A stretch of DNA of 64,000 bases, from positions 1 through 64,000 of the IMG/VR virus record IMGVR_UViG_3300036774_000066. The stretch is one strand, 5' to 3'. Shown here piece by piece: positions 49,872 to 60,699 of the stretch. The notes under the pieces are model-generated. The model saw only the letters and a list, made by a program, of their open reading frames with translations, was not told the DNA's origin and ran no database searches. Each line of letters begins with the position of its first letter. Position 1 is the stretch's first letter. A program made the position numbers and the translations under genes. The DNA comes from a virus.

Positions 49872-50546
49872 CTACTCAACCTTTGTCAAGGTATAGTCAA
49901 ACTTCCCATAGATACCAGAATTATGCCACTGACCAAAACCCTTGACATCGCGTGAATAGTCAAAAAGAAGACGCAGAATTTCCTCCGTTGCACAAAACTT
50001 CGGAATCTCATAGCAAGTAACCTGACACTCAAAAAAAGCACCCGCTTCAATCATCTCACTCCGAGCCAAGGAAACTCGTGGACCTTGCTTAGTCATAGCA
50101 CGAAGAGGACGCTCCAAAAATCCGATAGGTTTATCTGTAATCAAACGGATTCTGTGAGGATTGACAGCAACAGACTTGTCAATATTGGAGCGAAAGTTAG
50201 AAAGAGTCTCGTCAACCTCTTCTTCCTTCTTCATTTTCTTCTTGCCCGTAACAAAACCATTTAATGCCTCCGCTGACGCTTTCAAAACCCCCTTGACAAC
50301 ATAGCTGTAAAGAATGGGCATACCGTCAGTATCTCGATGAAAAACCGTTGTACCTTTCTCAACCTCTTCAGGGAGAGTACCCGTTTCTTCGATAATCGCA
50401 CTCGCCAAGGCAGGATTTTTCTCGATTGCCTTCTTCGTCAAGAACTCACTCGCCGGAGTATCCTTACCAGGAAGACTCCCCAAGATCGGCTCTACAAACA
50501 TCACTTTCAAATTGTACACACTACGGGCAAGAACAAGACCAGACAT
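49872..50546 (-). CDS. solitary Cas7/Csm3-like RAMP protein (Vipr-like)
   Basis: RAMP hallmarks: LKVMFVEPILGS strand, DGMPILYSYVVKGVLK (cf. PxIPGSSLKGxLR), SEMIEAGAFFECQV, C-terminal Gly loop GFGQWHNSGIYGKF. Confidence 0.8.
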   Translation of the reverse strand: MSGLVLARSVYNLKVMFVEPILGSLPGKDTPASEFLTKKAIEKNPALASAIIEETGTLPEEVEKGTTVFHRDTDGMPILYSYVVKGVLKASAEALNGFVTGKKKMKKEEEVDETLSNFRSNIDKSVAVNPHRIRLITDKPIGFLERPLRAMTKQGPRVSLARSEMIEAGAFFECQVTCYEIPKFCATEEILRLLFDYSRDVKGFGQWHNSGIYGKFDYTLTKVE

Positions 50547-52146
50547 AACACACCCCTTTTGTTAGTAGTTAAAGCATCCTGTCAATCATCATCACAGTTC
50601 TTATCAGGATCAAGAATAGGTTCTACATCCCCCTCAAGGAAAATCTTTGTCTTCCCATTCTCAGCGTAAGGAGAGAAATTCATTAACTCGTCAAGGTCTT
50701 CCCTCGTTATATGTCTCTTTACGTAGAGCAACGAAACCAGCTTGGCACAAACCTTTCTTAATTCATTCAATTCCGATCTTAAAGACTCTATCTCTCCACT
50801 ACCAAAATCCATCCCCCTCATCACTCTATCAATATGCTCTTCAATAGGAGCAATATCAGTGACGTTAGTAAAGTACCCACGGGAAGTCTTAACAAGAACT
50901 TTGCGCCCGTTACATTCCATAAGCTACCTCTTTTTGAGGATTCAGTAAACCACGCTTCTTGACTTCATCACATACCGCCCGAAAATACTTCTTCTCCTCC
51001 CCTTTCAATCCCTCTTCATTCCGTCCAATCCGTATCCAAATAATCATCTCATTAAGCAATACGTCATTACTCATCTCTTCTACAGGAATTGGAAGAATAT
51101 TCACCCCAACACCTTCACTCATTCAGGCACCTCAGCCGTATCTGTCAACTGAGCACATACTATCTTAAAGCATTCATCACAAACTATGTCACACTGCGAC
51201 ACAGGAACACCAGGAAATAAGGCTTCCTTCTCCTCCAATGCCACTTCTTCGGAAACCTCTTTTTCAAAGATACCTCCACACATCGCACACTGAAATTCAT
51301 TGTCCTTCAAGTCCGGCATACTCTTTCCCTCTTTACATTTTAGGACGCAAGAAATAAATCATGCCAACATCAGCAGCAAAGACATTTACTTGTCGTTTAA
51401 TAGCAGAATCACCAAAGAAATCAATCAAGTCACAACGCAAAGGAAACCCGTTGAACGATACCATAACCGACTTAGTATCCTTTACAAACTGCTCACACTC
51501 CTGCAAGTCACCGTCTATCCTATCCTCTGAAATACCTCTACCAAACAATGACCGAAAAGAAGGTATGTCACCCTCTTTCTTATTAACTGCAAGAGCATCT
51601 ATCCAATATTTTGTGCCTAATCTTTTATCTACTAATTGCTGAATATCTGGCATACTCTTTACTCCATGTAAACAAACATCTTCTCCCGATTCATTGACTT
51701 CCACGTATATGTAAGAACTTTCAATTCCGGGCAATCCCTCACAATCTTTTCCAATTCATCAGGCTTCACCGCTGGCACCACGTTCTCCGATACCATCAAC
51801 GCTATCTGAAATACCAAATCCGTAAACTTCAAACCACCAGAAAAATCCTCCACGATCCTCATGATCGCAGTTTTTATCTGGGCTATCCTATCCTGATCCC
51901 TGTCATCATGTAATACGTCGGACATACCAAAACTCCTTAGACTGTTGCTATGTGATCGCTGGTAAGCACTGTAACACCGTCCTTTAGCACCTGAGTACGC
52001 TTTGCCACCTCTGCCTCTTCTAACCACCTCTCAACCTCATCTAACTCCCTACGGGCCTCCTCTGCATCAAGCCCACCCGCGTTAGTCATGTACAAAACCC
52101 TCTCCACAACCAACTTTGCTTTTTCAAACATAGCAGTAAATCCCTT

Positions 52147-55100
52147 CTACACGATCCAGAGTCTCCCGAAATGCTCCTCTTTGCCTTCCTTGTCATCATA
52201 TTTAATCCCGTCGAACCACCGCAAACCGTAGTAATCCGTGCCTTCCCCGTCATCTTTACTTAGCATAATACTAAATGGCAATTGTGTAAACTTATCAGGT
52301 GGACCGTCAAGATTGATTAAGTCCCAAGGAATCTCTACGGAATAGGTAGTAACATAACTGTCCTTTTCACGGGTTATCAACCCTGTAAACTTGGACCCCT
52401 TTGAACTATACTCCCCAACAGGGTAATCCTTCTCGTTTGCCGTCTTGCAAAGACCCATAATCATCTGTCCATCATCAGAACGTAAGGCCATACCAATCAC
52501 CGCCGCCTTCCCACCAGGACTCATTACACCAATCTTCAATCCATCCTCACAATGTATCCGGTCCATTGTCCTCTGAAAAGCCCGGTGTATAGGGTGAACT
52601 GCAATCACCTTTACAATTAAGAATTTGTCATTGTACCACGCCCTCCATGCTGCTCTCAAAGTATGCTGAATATCCTCTGCCTTCTTCTTCAAAGTCTCAG
52701 GAAATACAGCGTAAGGAAATTCACCCATACTATACAAAGGAGAAGGCTCCCTCGAAGCACAAGCAAAACTCGCCATGAGGCTTCTCTTGATCGAAATATT
52801 ATCATCCGGTGAAGAAACATCAACAGAAATTTCACCTACTGTAAAATTGACAACACCAAAAGGTATGCTGACAATGTGAGTCTCGTGTCCACCAAAAAAT
52901 TCTTGTCTGTTAATAAGAAACCCATTCCCAGACAACGCTATGTTAATAGTCCTTGTATGATTCGCGTTACTGGCAATAGTAACAACTACCTCTTTCCCAT
53001 TTTGTATAGAAAGTTCTATCTTTCTTACCTCTAACAATTCTCCTACGTGAACAGGTACACACATCCATCCTATTCCGTTATGTAAAACAACAGAGTAATC
53101 TCCAGCAACCGTTCCTTCACGGGTAACAACTTCTATCCAACTATCCTTCAAAGTAACTTCGAGTTCTCTTCTTAATACCGACCAACCCTTCCCTATAACG
53201 GTAGAAAATTTTTGTCCTGCTGCCTGTGGTGGAATAGCTATCGAAGGCTGTACCTCTCCATCACAAAATCTCTTGTCTACCTCTTCCTCCCAAGTCAACT
53301 TACTGTTCCATCCAAAAATCCTTGTTGCAATACCGTGTGAATCTTTCCAAATCTGAATACCAGAAAAAGGACTCAGCCATACAGTACGAGATAAACTCCA
53401 ACCTTTCAAAGGGAAATTCACCAATCCAATCAATTCCTGCACGTCAACCAACTCAAAGGGTGTATGCCACTGGTAAAAATCCACATCTTCCAAAGCAATT
53501 CTCTCGCTCAATTCCCTCGGAGTACCTAAGTCAAAAATGGCAGAAACTACCATGCAAGAATTTAAGTCATTCCCACTCTTTGACCAATCAAGCAACTCTA
53601 CATCTCTGTCTCCACTGCCAGACAATCCTAACTTCCTTCCCGTAATAGAGTTTTCCCAAAGTAAACCAACATCAGACGAGTTCTCTAAATAAATCAACAC
53701 TGCCTTTCCATGATTCCAAAAAACATTATTATCACTCCAATTATCCTCACAGCGGGGCATTTCTGGCATTCGAGAAATCCCACCCTTACTGTTATTCACG
53801 AAGAAATTGTTGTAGATTTTATTGCCAGAAGTAGTAGTGTGGACACCAAGATACTTATACCTATGAAGTAAAGCACGTATCTTTACCCCGTACTGTGTTC
53901 CCTTTACAAAATTGCGAAAGAAGTGAGCATTGTTTCCATCATGTGTGTAAAATCCACACTCAGCAGCATCGCTTCCCTCTCTGGTATCAATGATTGTATT
54001 ACTGTCAATCATGACAGGACCATCAGACATTTCATGGAAAATGCCGTATGGCTTGCTGTCAACTATTAAGTTCTGTGTGATCCTGTCTCTTGCACAATCC
54101 CCATCCAGCCATATACCATAACAACACCGCTCAATCTTGTTTTTCTTTATCAAGCTATCATCAACAGCATGAAACTTAATACCACACTCCTCACACGTAC
54201 CTACCACCCCAGGCTTTATACAATTGTCAACAATTTCATTATACTCAATACCTAAGTCATGCGAATAAAATGCCACAATGCCCGAGATTCCATTATCATG
54301 AATCTTGTTTCCTCTCACCGTATGAAATCCCCCCACGGAATGTTCTTTTATCCACTTCACAAAGGCATATATGTAAGGCTCCCCGTACTCTCCCAAATCA
54401 AGCATAGATATATCTTTATTTACAATGGGAATATTCATCGCACTCTTCGCAAATCCACCCATTCCCAAATTAAGTCCTTGTGCATTACCGTAAGATATTT
54501 CACAGTTTTCAATGGTAAAGTTAGCTCCTGCGTTCACATCAACTACGGACAACTGATTGACAGAATGCCACGTCGGTCCTGCCCAAATCGGGGCACAGCC
54601 GCCAACAAACCTAATTCCAGAAACCTTGATATTTTCCAAGCCCCTGACAATAGGCACAAAACACTGCTGCCTTACTGACCTTTCAACTTTACACCTACCC
54701 GGATGATCTGGTAAACAAACATAAATGCGAGAATTATCTTCATCCACCCACATTGAGTACAGACACAACTTCTCCTTCTCTTTTACTTCTGTCAACAAAA
54801 CACTGTTGACAAAAATCTGCTCACATCCCACATTCGGAGTAATACGTACATAGTAGATATTACTTTCATCACGAAACCACTCAGAACTCCATTCGTCCAT
54901 TGCGCACACTACCGGGGGAACTTCATCTTGTGCTGCCTCAATAGAAATTTCAGAACAATATGGCTTTATACACTCTCTGTAAACCCCTTCATGAATTATT
55001 ATCCTATCGCCAGGAAGAGCACTCTCCACAGCACACCGAACAGTCTTTACAGGTGACTGAAAAGAGCCGATGTTCTTATCGCTCCCTCGCATACTTGACA

Positions 55101-55266
55101 CATGAAAAGCAATAGAAGTATGCTTTTGTTTTGTTGCAGAGGCCCAAGCAGCATAGCCTCTAATCAATTCATCGTCAGAAGATTCAATCACAGAAGATAA
55201 ACTAAAGGAAGGATGGGCCTTCCCCTGTCCTATCAATGTCAACATTCTAAGATCGGGTGTTATCAT
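52147..55266 (-). CDS. right-handed beta-helix glycan hydrolase/lyase with a C-terminal CBM9-like domain
   Basis: GSDKNIGS..SPVKT..A...ALPGDRIIIHEGVYRE (DUF1565/GH120-like), PbH1 repeats (GIWLD, GIFHE), C-terminal WYNDKFL..YSVEIPW..FSIMLSKDD. Confidence 0.7.
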   Translation of the reverse strand: MITPDLRMLTLIGQGKAHPSFSLSSVIESSDDELIRGYAAWASATKQKHTSIAFHVSSMRGSDKNIGSFQSPVKTVRCAVESALPGDRIIIHEGVYRECIKPYCSEISIEAAQDEVPPVVCAMDEWSSEWFRDESNIYYVRITPNVGCEQIFVNSVLLTEVKEKEKLCLYSMWVDEDNSRIYVCLPDHPGRCKVERSVRQQCFVPIVRGLENIKVSGIRFVGGCAPIWAGPTWHSVNQLSVVDVNAGANFTIENCEISYGNAQGLNLGMGGFAKSAMNIPIVNKDISMLDLGEYGEPYIYAFVKWIKEHSVGGFHTVRGNKIHDNGISGIVAFYSHDLGIEYNEIVDNCIKPGVVGTCEECGIKFHAVDDSLIKKNKIERCCYGIWLDGDCARDRITQNLIVDSKPYGIFHEMSDGPVMIDSNTIIDTREGSDAAECGFYTHDGNNAHFFRNFVKGTQYGVKIRALLHRYKYLGVHTTTSGNKIYNNFFVNNSKGGISRMPEMPRCEDNWSDNNVFWNHGKAVLIYLENSSDVGLLWENSITGRKLGLSGSGDRDVELLDWSKSGNDLNSCMVVSAIFDLGTPRELSERIALEDVDFYQWHTPFELVDVQELIGLVNFPLKGWSLSRTVWLSPFSGIQIWKDSHGIATRIFGWNSKLTWEEEVDKRFCDGEVQPSIAIPPQAAGQKFSTVIGKGWSVLRRELEVTLKDSWIEVVTREGTVAGDYSVVLHNGIGWMCVPVHVGELLEVRKIELSIQNGKEVVVTIASNANHTRTINIALSGNGFLINRQEFFGGHETHIVSIPFGVVNFTVGEISVDVSSPDDNISIKRSLMASFACASREPSPLYSMGEFPYAVFPETLKKKAEDIQHTLRAAWRAWYNDKFLIVKVIAVHPIHRAFQRTMDRIHCEDGLKIGVMSPGGKAAVIGMALRSDDGQMIMGLCKTANEKDYPVGEYSSKGSKFTGLITREKDSYVTTYSVEIPWDLINLDGPPDKFTQLPFSIMLSKDDGEGTDYYGLRWFDGIKYDDKEGKEEHFGRLWIV

Positions 55267-55838
55267 ACTGCCAATGGGTCATCCTCTCCTATTTCGGTAG
55301 ACATTTCAGGAACTATGTGAACATAGTCTGAAAATATTTCATCAATAATATTCTTTGTACTCTTCATGTCTTTCCAAACCTGCAACTCAGTCACTCGATT
55401 ATTACACTCTTTCGCGTCGTCGGGGTACTTATTATCCTTTGGCAATACTCCACACCCCAAAGAATCTAAGACTTTCCTCATAATACTCGCCGCATTATCC
55501 TCTGGTCCTATATTGACAACATGCTCATCTGGATTCAAAACAAACTCAGGAAACACTCTCTTTGCAAAGACAGGAGTTCCGTTACACAACTTTCTAAGAT
55601 AATAGTAATCCTTCATCATCCTGAAAAAATCAGCTTCCCGAACAGCAACGGGCTTCATGGAAAAGTCAAGTTCACTCACCATGTTCTGTATCAATGCCAA
55701 GTAAAGAAGATCACCAATTTCCGGCTTACCATAAAGTGTCTTTACAAGAAGCATCTTTTCATCAGCAACAACAGACACGTACTTCATGTCATACGAGAAA
55801 AATCTCTTCTTAAACAAAGCAACATCATTCATAGTCAC
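55263..55838 (-). CDS. hypothetical protein in the clamp-loader operon
   Basis: Overlaps the dnaX stop codon. Confidence 0.5.
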   Translation of the reverse strand: MTMNDVALFKKRFFSYDMKYVSVVADEKMLLVKTLYGKPEIGDLLYLALIQNMVSELDFSMKPVAVREADFFRMMKDYYYLRKLCNGTPVFAKRVFPEFVLNPDEHVVNIGPEDNAASIMRKVLDSLGCGVLPKDNKYPDDAKECNNRVTELQVWKDMKSTKNIIDEIFSDYVHIVPEMSTEIGEDDPLAV

Positions 55839-56941
55839 CTTGCCATTCTATTTCTATCAACCAAAGAAGCAGTGTTTTGTGATGATCCACTCAAAACCGC
55901 TGCCCCACTTCGGAACTGATTGTAAATCAACCACAGCAAGGCTTGAACTGTCGTATCGTTCTTGAAAGAATTTACCGCCCAATCCTGCATCAGCATCATA
56001 AACAGCTTGAAAGAATCCTGACCCCACAACTCAATTGTTTTCTTGTAAAGATCCACAAAGTAACTTGAACTTGTCTTATTGGAAGAAATACTATAAATCA
56101 GATTATTCACAACAAGGTACATATCATTGCGAATTGACTCTATGACACACGAAGCCAAAGCAAATACTCTCTCTGTAACAGTCTTTTCATCCGCTGACTT
56201 CACCGCAATCAAATATTCAAGAACTTTACTTTCAGCAGACCTAATTGAGGCTACAAACTTCGACTTATCCTCCATCATCGCATAAAGGTCAAGCATCATC
56301 ACGGAATCCCGTACATGACCCTTTGACGTAATCGCTATGTAATACAAAATCTCCTCTGGTATCTCTAAATTCTCTGACTTTGCAATTCTCCTTAGATTCT
56401 CTATTATCTCCTCAATTGACAAAGTACGAAACACCAACTCAATTGACCGAGAACGAATTGTACTCTCTATACTCTCCACACTGGTAGAACAAAAAACAAT
56501 AAACATATTCTCAGGTATTGCTTCCAATGTTGTCAATAACTGCCCTTGGGCTTGCTTGGAAATCAAGTGACACTCATCAAAAACAACTACACGCCAATCA
56601 CAGACTGTAGAGGCTGTAAAGAAAATACCCTTCATTTCCTTGATAGCATCCACATTGCCAACATCACCCGAATCAAACTCCTGATAAAAAGGCACAAAGG
56701 ATAAGTCTGACTTGCATACGTCACAAACACCACAAGGCTTTTTCTCAATATGAGACTTACAATTCAACCCTCGCGCCAACAAACGAGCACTGGTAGTCTT
56801 ACCTGTGCCCCAATCACCACACATAATTATTGACCGGGGAGAATTAGTAGGATTCTTAATAATCGACTTCAATACTTCGGCGGGAGCCTCTTGACCGTAA
56901 AGCTGTTCAAACGTGCGAGAACGATACTCTTGTGTAAACAC
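55835..56941 (-). CDS. dnaX: DNA polymerase III gamma/tau-like clamp loader subunit
   Basis: YRSRTFEQLYGQ, GDWGTGKTT, PCGVCDVC, FDECH, TIRSRS, GHVRD. Confidence 0.9.
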   Translation of the reverse strand: MFTQEYRSRTFEQLYGQEAPAEVLKSIIKNPTNSPRSIIMCGDWGTGKTTSARLLARGLNCKSHIEKKPCGVCDVCKSDLSFVPFYQEFDSGDVGNVDAIKEMKGIFFTASTVCDWRVVVFDECHLISKQAQGQLLTTLEAIPENMFIVFCSTSVESIESTIRSRSIELVFRTLSIEEIIENLRRIAKSENLEIPEEILYYIAITSKGHVRDSVMMLDLYAMMEDKSKFVASIRSAESKVLEYLIAVKSADEKTVTERVFALASCVIESIRNDMYLVVNNLIYSISSNKTSSSYFVDLYKKTIELWGQDSFKLFMMLMQDWAVNSFKNDTTVQALLWLIYNQFRSGAAVLSGSSQNTASLVDRNRMAR

Positions 56942-57267
56942 TATTGAAGTCTCCCTGTCAAGAAATTACTCTTTCTCCATCCTGCCTCTGATTTCCAACG
57001 AGTAAAGAAAACCACAAGATTAGCCTCCGACTTATACTTTACATAGTAGATTTTAATGTCACTCTGTCCTTTGTACTTTACAAAATGCCATACAGCGTCC
57101 TTACCTTGGACTTCTCTTTTCATTTCTGAAACGTACACAACCAAATCAGCCCCGGTAATATCGTCTGTAACATATACCAAGGCCACAGCTTCCGACTTGT
57201 ATTTACAGCAGTAAACATTCCCCGCAAAGGAAACACTGCACAAAAGAAGAACAAGAAGCGGCTTCAT
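56941..57267 (-). CDS. secreted small repeat protein (DUF6150-like)
   Basis: Signal peptide; YKSEA/ADLVVYV repeats. Confidence 0.55.
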   Translation of the reverse strand: MKPLLVLLLCSVSFAGNVYCCKYKSEAVALVYVTDDITGADLVVYVSEMKREVQGKDAVWHFVKYKGQSDIKIYYVKYKSEANLVVFFTRWKSEAGWRKSNFLTGRLQ

Positions 57268-57587
57268 AAACCACCCCTATAGTTTCCTTCCACACTCCGG
57301 GCAATACTTAAAATTCCATCTCTTTGACACAGAAACCCAACCACAATTGCTATCACACAACTCGCATTTAGGAATTACTTCATCTTTCGGTATCTTCTGC
57401 CCTTGAATATCCCTATCATTGACCCGTGCAATAGTAGCTATTCCATTCTCCTCACTCACAATGAAGGTCAACTTCACTTCATCCGCGCAATGAGAAAACA
57501 TATCCAAAGCAGAACCAGAAAGTCCGATTTTCTCTCCTACTTCGTAAACCGACTCGTCGCTCCCATGTACGTAGACATCTGCAAGTA

Positions 57588-58007
57588 TCATACAACACCC
57601 TTCGGTGGAATTATTACAAAAGAGACAATCTCAATTTCTTGGAACTTCCCGCCCTCCCTCTTACCTCCAATAGCGCGAAAAGCACAACTCAACTTCTGAT
57701 CCTTAGAAAGTAAAGAAGAAACCAACCTTCCCATTGTAGTATCCAGAATTTCCATCCTCAAAGAGAAATCATCTCTAATCTCCTCAATCAACCCGGCTGC
57801 ATTTTTCAGGTCCATATCTCCCACAAAGCATACCGAGGAAAGCATCTCCTCTTTTATACGCTCCATAAACCGTTTTACAGCAGACCTAAGAACCTCCCCC
57901 GAAATAGGATACGGATTATCAATCTTTAGCTCTACATACCTCTTCGTTCCTTTGGAACTAATAGAATCTCGAATACCCTGCAAATCACTGAGAACATGAG
58001 CCATCAA
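57588..58007 (-). CDS. degenerate T4 gp21 prohead-protease-like fold
   Basis: EILDTTMGRLVSSLL...LSCAFRAIG resembles gp21 ILDTPMG.IV..L...LGVSSRG.G. Confidence 0.45.
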   Translation of the reverse strand: MMAHVLSDLQGIRDSISSKGTKRYVELKIDNPYPISGEVLRSAVKRFMERIKEEMLSSVCFVGDMDLKNAAGLIEEIRDDFSLRMEILDTTMGRLVSSLLSKDQKLSCAFRAIGGKREGGKFQEIEIVSFVIIPPKGVV

Positions 58008-58828
58008 TCTACCTCCACGTCCCTTTCAGAGGCAAGCTCCACTTCTTCATCTCTCTCCTCTACTTCTTCACTTGCCTTTATTACCTTACCCCACTGCGCT
58101 ACCTCTGCATCATCCTTCTCCTTTACACCACAATCCCTTTTTATGGAAAGTAGTTTTCTCTTAGCAGGCATCAAGGCATCGGCACATTTTTTCAAAAGAA
58201 CTCCCTCATTATCACTTACCCCATTCAAAGTCATCTCGAACTCTGCCACTTTCTTATTTCGACAAGGTATACAATTCCCGCACTCCCGCATAACACCGTC
58301 AGGGGTTTCACAGGTCCAACAAAATCTCTCCAAACCTAACCTACGAATCTCTTGTATGACTACATACTTTTTCATCCCCTGTAAAGGGAACTCGAAAGAA
58401 ACTTCTTTATGCATAGATTCTGCAATGTATCTTCGCACATAGTCAAACGTATGCCACGTCTGCCAATAATCATCACCCTTATGAAATCCAAAAAGGATTG
58501 TAGAGTCTTCAGGGGCAAGGTAAGCACAAAGAGGAACAAATAAAGCGGCCTGCATCGACCCATCACCGCCAGGATTTATCTCGTGCTTAAAATCAATAGA
58601 CTTATTTACAATTGTTACTTTCAACTCAGACTTAACAAACTCTGTAAACGCTTCTCGGCAAAGCCTCTCACTTTCCATTTTCTTTTCATCCAACCTATCC
58701 CACCTCAATGACCACGTTGAAACTACCTCTGTACGGTCATCCTTTGCTCTCTGCGCTTCCTTCCAGACCAAAAGAGTGCTATCATATCCCCCGGACCAAA
58801 ACACAATCCTACCCTTATGCATAATCAT
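58004..58828 (-). CDS. queC: QueC-like PP-loop ATPase
   Basis: WSGGYDS PP-loop; WTC..P...CGNCIPC Zn site. Confidence 0.75.
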   Translation of the reverse strand: MIMHKGRIVFWSGGYDSTLLVWKEAQRAKDDRTEVVSTWSLRWDRLDEKKMESERLCREAFTEFVKSELKVTIVNKSIDFKHEINPGGDGSMQAALFVPLCAYLAPEDSTILFGFHKGDDYWQTWHTFDYVRRYIAESMHKEVSFEFPLQGMKKYVVIQEIRRLGLERFCWTCETPDGVMRECGNCIPCRNKKVAEFEMTLNGVSDNEGVLLKKCADALMPAKRKLLSIKRDCGVKEKDDAEVAQWGKVIKASEEVEERDEEVELASERDVEVD

Positions 58829-59105
58829 CCTTTCTTAACAGGATTCATGTGGACATTTACGTGTCCACCCTTACAGTCAATCTCACATCTTTGCGTAACT
58901 ATACCAGAATCATCCACTGCCTCTATTACAACCTTCTCTGCCTTTCCTGCATAGCAAATTGAATCATCTTTCTCTGATTCGTAAAGAATAATCTGCATTG
59001 ACACACTCTCTAAATTGCCAATACAAGGGGCTGGTATCGGTAACACCTCACGCGCAAAGTGTTACGGGTTGTTTCAACCAAAAGCCCCCTGCATGGCATC
59101 ATTAC

Positions 59106-60065
59106 CTATGATAACCTGTTGCGACCCCAGGCATACGCTCCCTTTTCACAATTCTCCCGAACTGCAAAAAGAGTAGACGCTTGACACAAGAAGGTAAACA
59201 GATTGATCCAATTCCAAACCGTTTCCAACTGAGGTATGCCAACGTGTGCAAGGCTTTTCTCATTGGACTTCACCGCAACAGCCTCCACCCGCGCATCCCG
59301 AATAACACGGCGAGGGATAAACTTCTGCTCCTCTGCCTTATCACAAACAGCTTCCACCGTCTCGTCAACATGGTGAGAATCAGCATCCTCGACAAACTGC
59401 TTCATTCCAGCACCGTAAACATCACAATCCTTTGCACGAGCCTGTAAAACATCAGCAATAAACGTAGGAGTTGCATTCTTTGTGTCAATCTTGTAAGTCT
59501 GGCAATGTGTCGCGTTAATCAAGCCATTCTTACAAATAATACGGTATGTCATGAAATCAGAGCTAATCTTACCATAGTTGATATTCGATACTCGAATACG
59601 CTGACCCACAAACATATCTTCCCCATTCGGGTTAATCTCCATCGTCTTTGTCACAATACGAAGCGAATCATCCGTAATCGGACTGCCATAGACTTCCCAA
59701 ATCTTATCCTGAAAAGGCTTCACCAAATCATTGTATCTCAAGTACGGTTCCTGAATCGGCTGCATGAAAATAATCTGGTTCTGATCGTTAGGATTTCTGC
59801 CTACCCGAAACTTCGCATACGACCGACGTACAAACTGCTCCTGTACAAGCTGATTGAAAACAGGAAGCGTCAACTCCTTCATCAGGCTTTTGGGAATCCC
59901 CGACCAACGACCAAGATTCTTTGCCGCCCTGTCAGAAAGAACCCCAACCCCTTCGACAGCCATCAACCCTTCCGACTTGGTAAAGGACTTATTTGCAAAA
60001 TCCACTTCTGTCACACTGTCATCAATCTTCTCAATCGTGTCTGCAAACTCCTGACTGTAACCCAT
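59106..60065 (-). CDS. DUF932-like protein
   Basis: YRIICKNGL motif, TVWNWINLFT. Confidence 0.55.
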   Translation of the reverse strand: MGYSQEFADTIEKIDDSVTEVDFANKSFTKSEGLMAVEGVGVLSDRAAKNLGRWSGIPKSLMKELTLPVFNQLVQEQFVRRSYAKFRVGRNPNDQNQIIFMQPIQEPYLRYNDLVKPFQDKIWEVYGSPITDDSLRIVTKTMEINPNGEDMFVGQRIRVSNINYGKISSDFMTYRIICKNGLINATHCQTYKIDTKNATPTFIADVLQARAKDCDVYGAGMKQFVEDADSHHVDETVEAVCDKAEEQKFIPRRVIRDARVEAVAVKSNEKSLAHVGIPQLETVWNWINLFTFLCQASTLFAVRENCEKGAYAWGRNRLS

Positions 60066-60081
60066 AAGTCACTCCCTTATG

Positions 60082-60699
60082 TTAAGGTGTAATACCAGAA
60101 ATTCCAAGCCTTTCCTTCTCTTTGCATGTTCTACACTTCCCACACTCCTTAAAAAATCCAAACTCTGTTTTTATAGGTGTACGACAAGACCACGCCATAT
60201 CAATCAGACTTTTTGGCAAGATACTGACATAATCCCTTTTTGTCAAGGAAACTACCGGATAAATTCTCTGTACATCTGTATACAATTCCCAAAGTTTATC
60301 TGTCCTTTCTTTACATCTGACATAATACTCCGCTGTATTCCCATCATCATCCTTATTCTTTCCCGTAGCAACCATCTTTATCTGAGGGTAAAACAGGCAG
60401 ATATTCGCAGCTATAAACAGATACACGTCCTTGTCCCAAAACAAACTCTTTCCTATGTCAAAGGTACTTTCCGATGTGTAAAATTCACGAGGAACGTACC
60501 TTCGGAAATATTCATAGATATTTGCTGTTGCTATCCTCTCTGCTTCATTTCTATTCTCTCTGTTGATGAAGTTAATCCTATGAGAATGAATCACAAAATC
60601 ACTATACTGTGCATCGGTCAACAAATAGTAAAGAGCAGCAACAGAGTCTAACCCTCCCGAAAACATCAACAAAATCGTGGGCTTATCAACAAACTTCAT
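60082..60699 (-). CDS. queC: QueC-like PP-loop ATPase (second copy)
   Basis: FSGGLDS; WSCRTP...CGKCRTC. Confidence 0.75.
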   Translation of the reverse strand: MKFVDKPTILLMFSGGLDSVAALYYLLTDAQYSDFVIHSHRINFINRENRNEAERIATANIYEYFRRYVPREFYTSESTFDIGKSLFWDKDVYLFIAANICLFYPQIKMVATGKNKDDDGNTAEYYVRCKERTDKLWELYTDVQRIYPVVSLTKRDYVSILPKSLIDMAWSCRTPIKTEFGFFKECGKCRTCKEKERLGISGITP

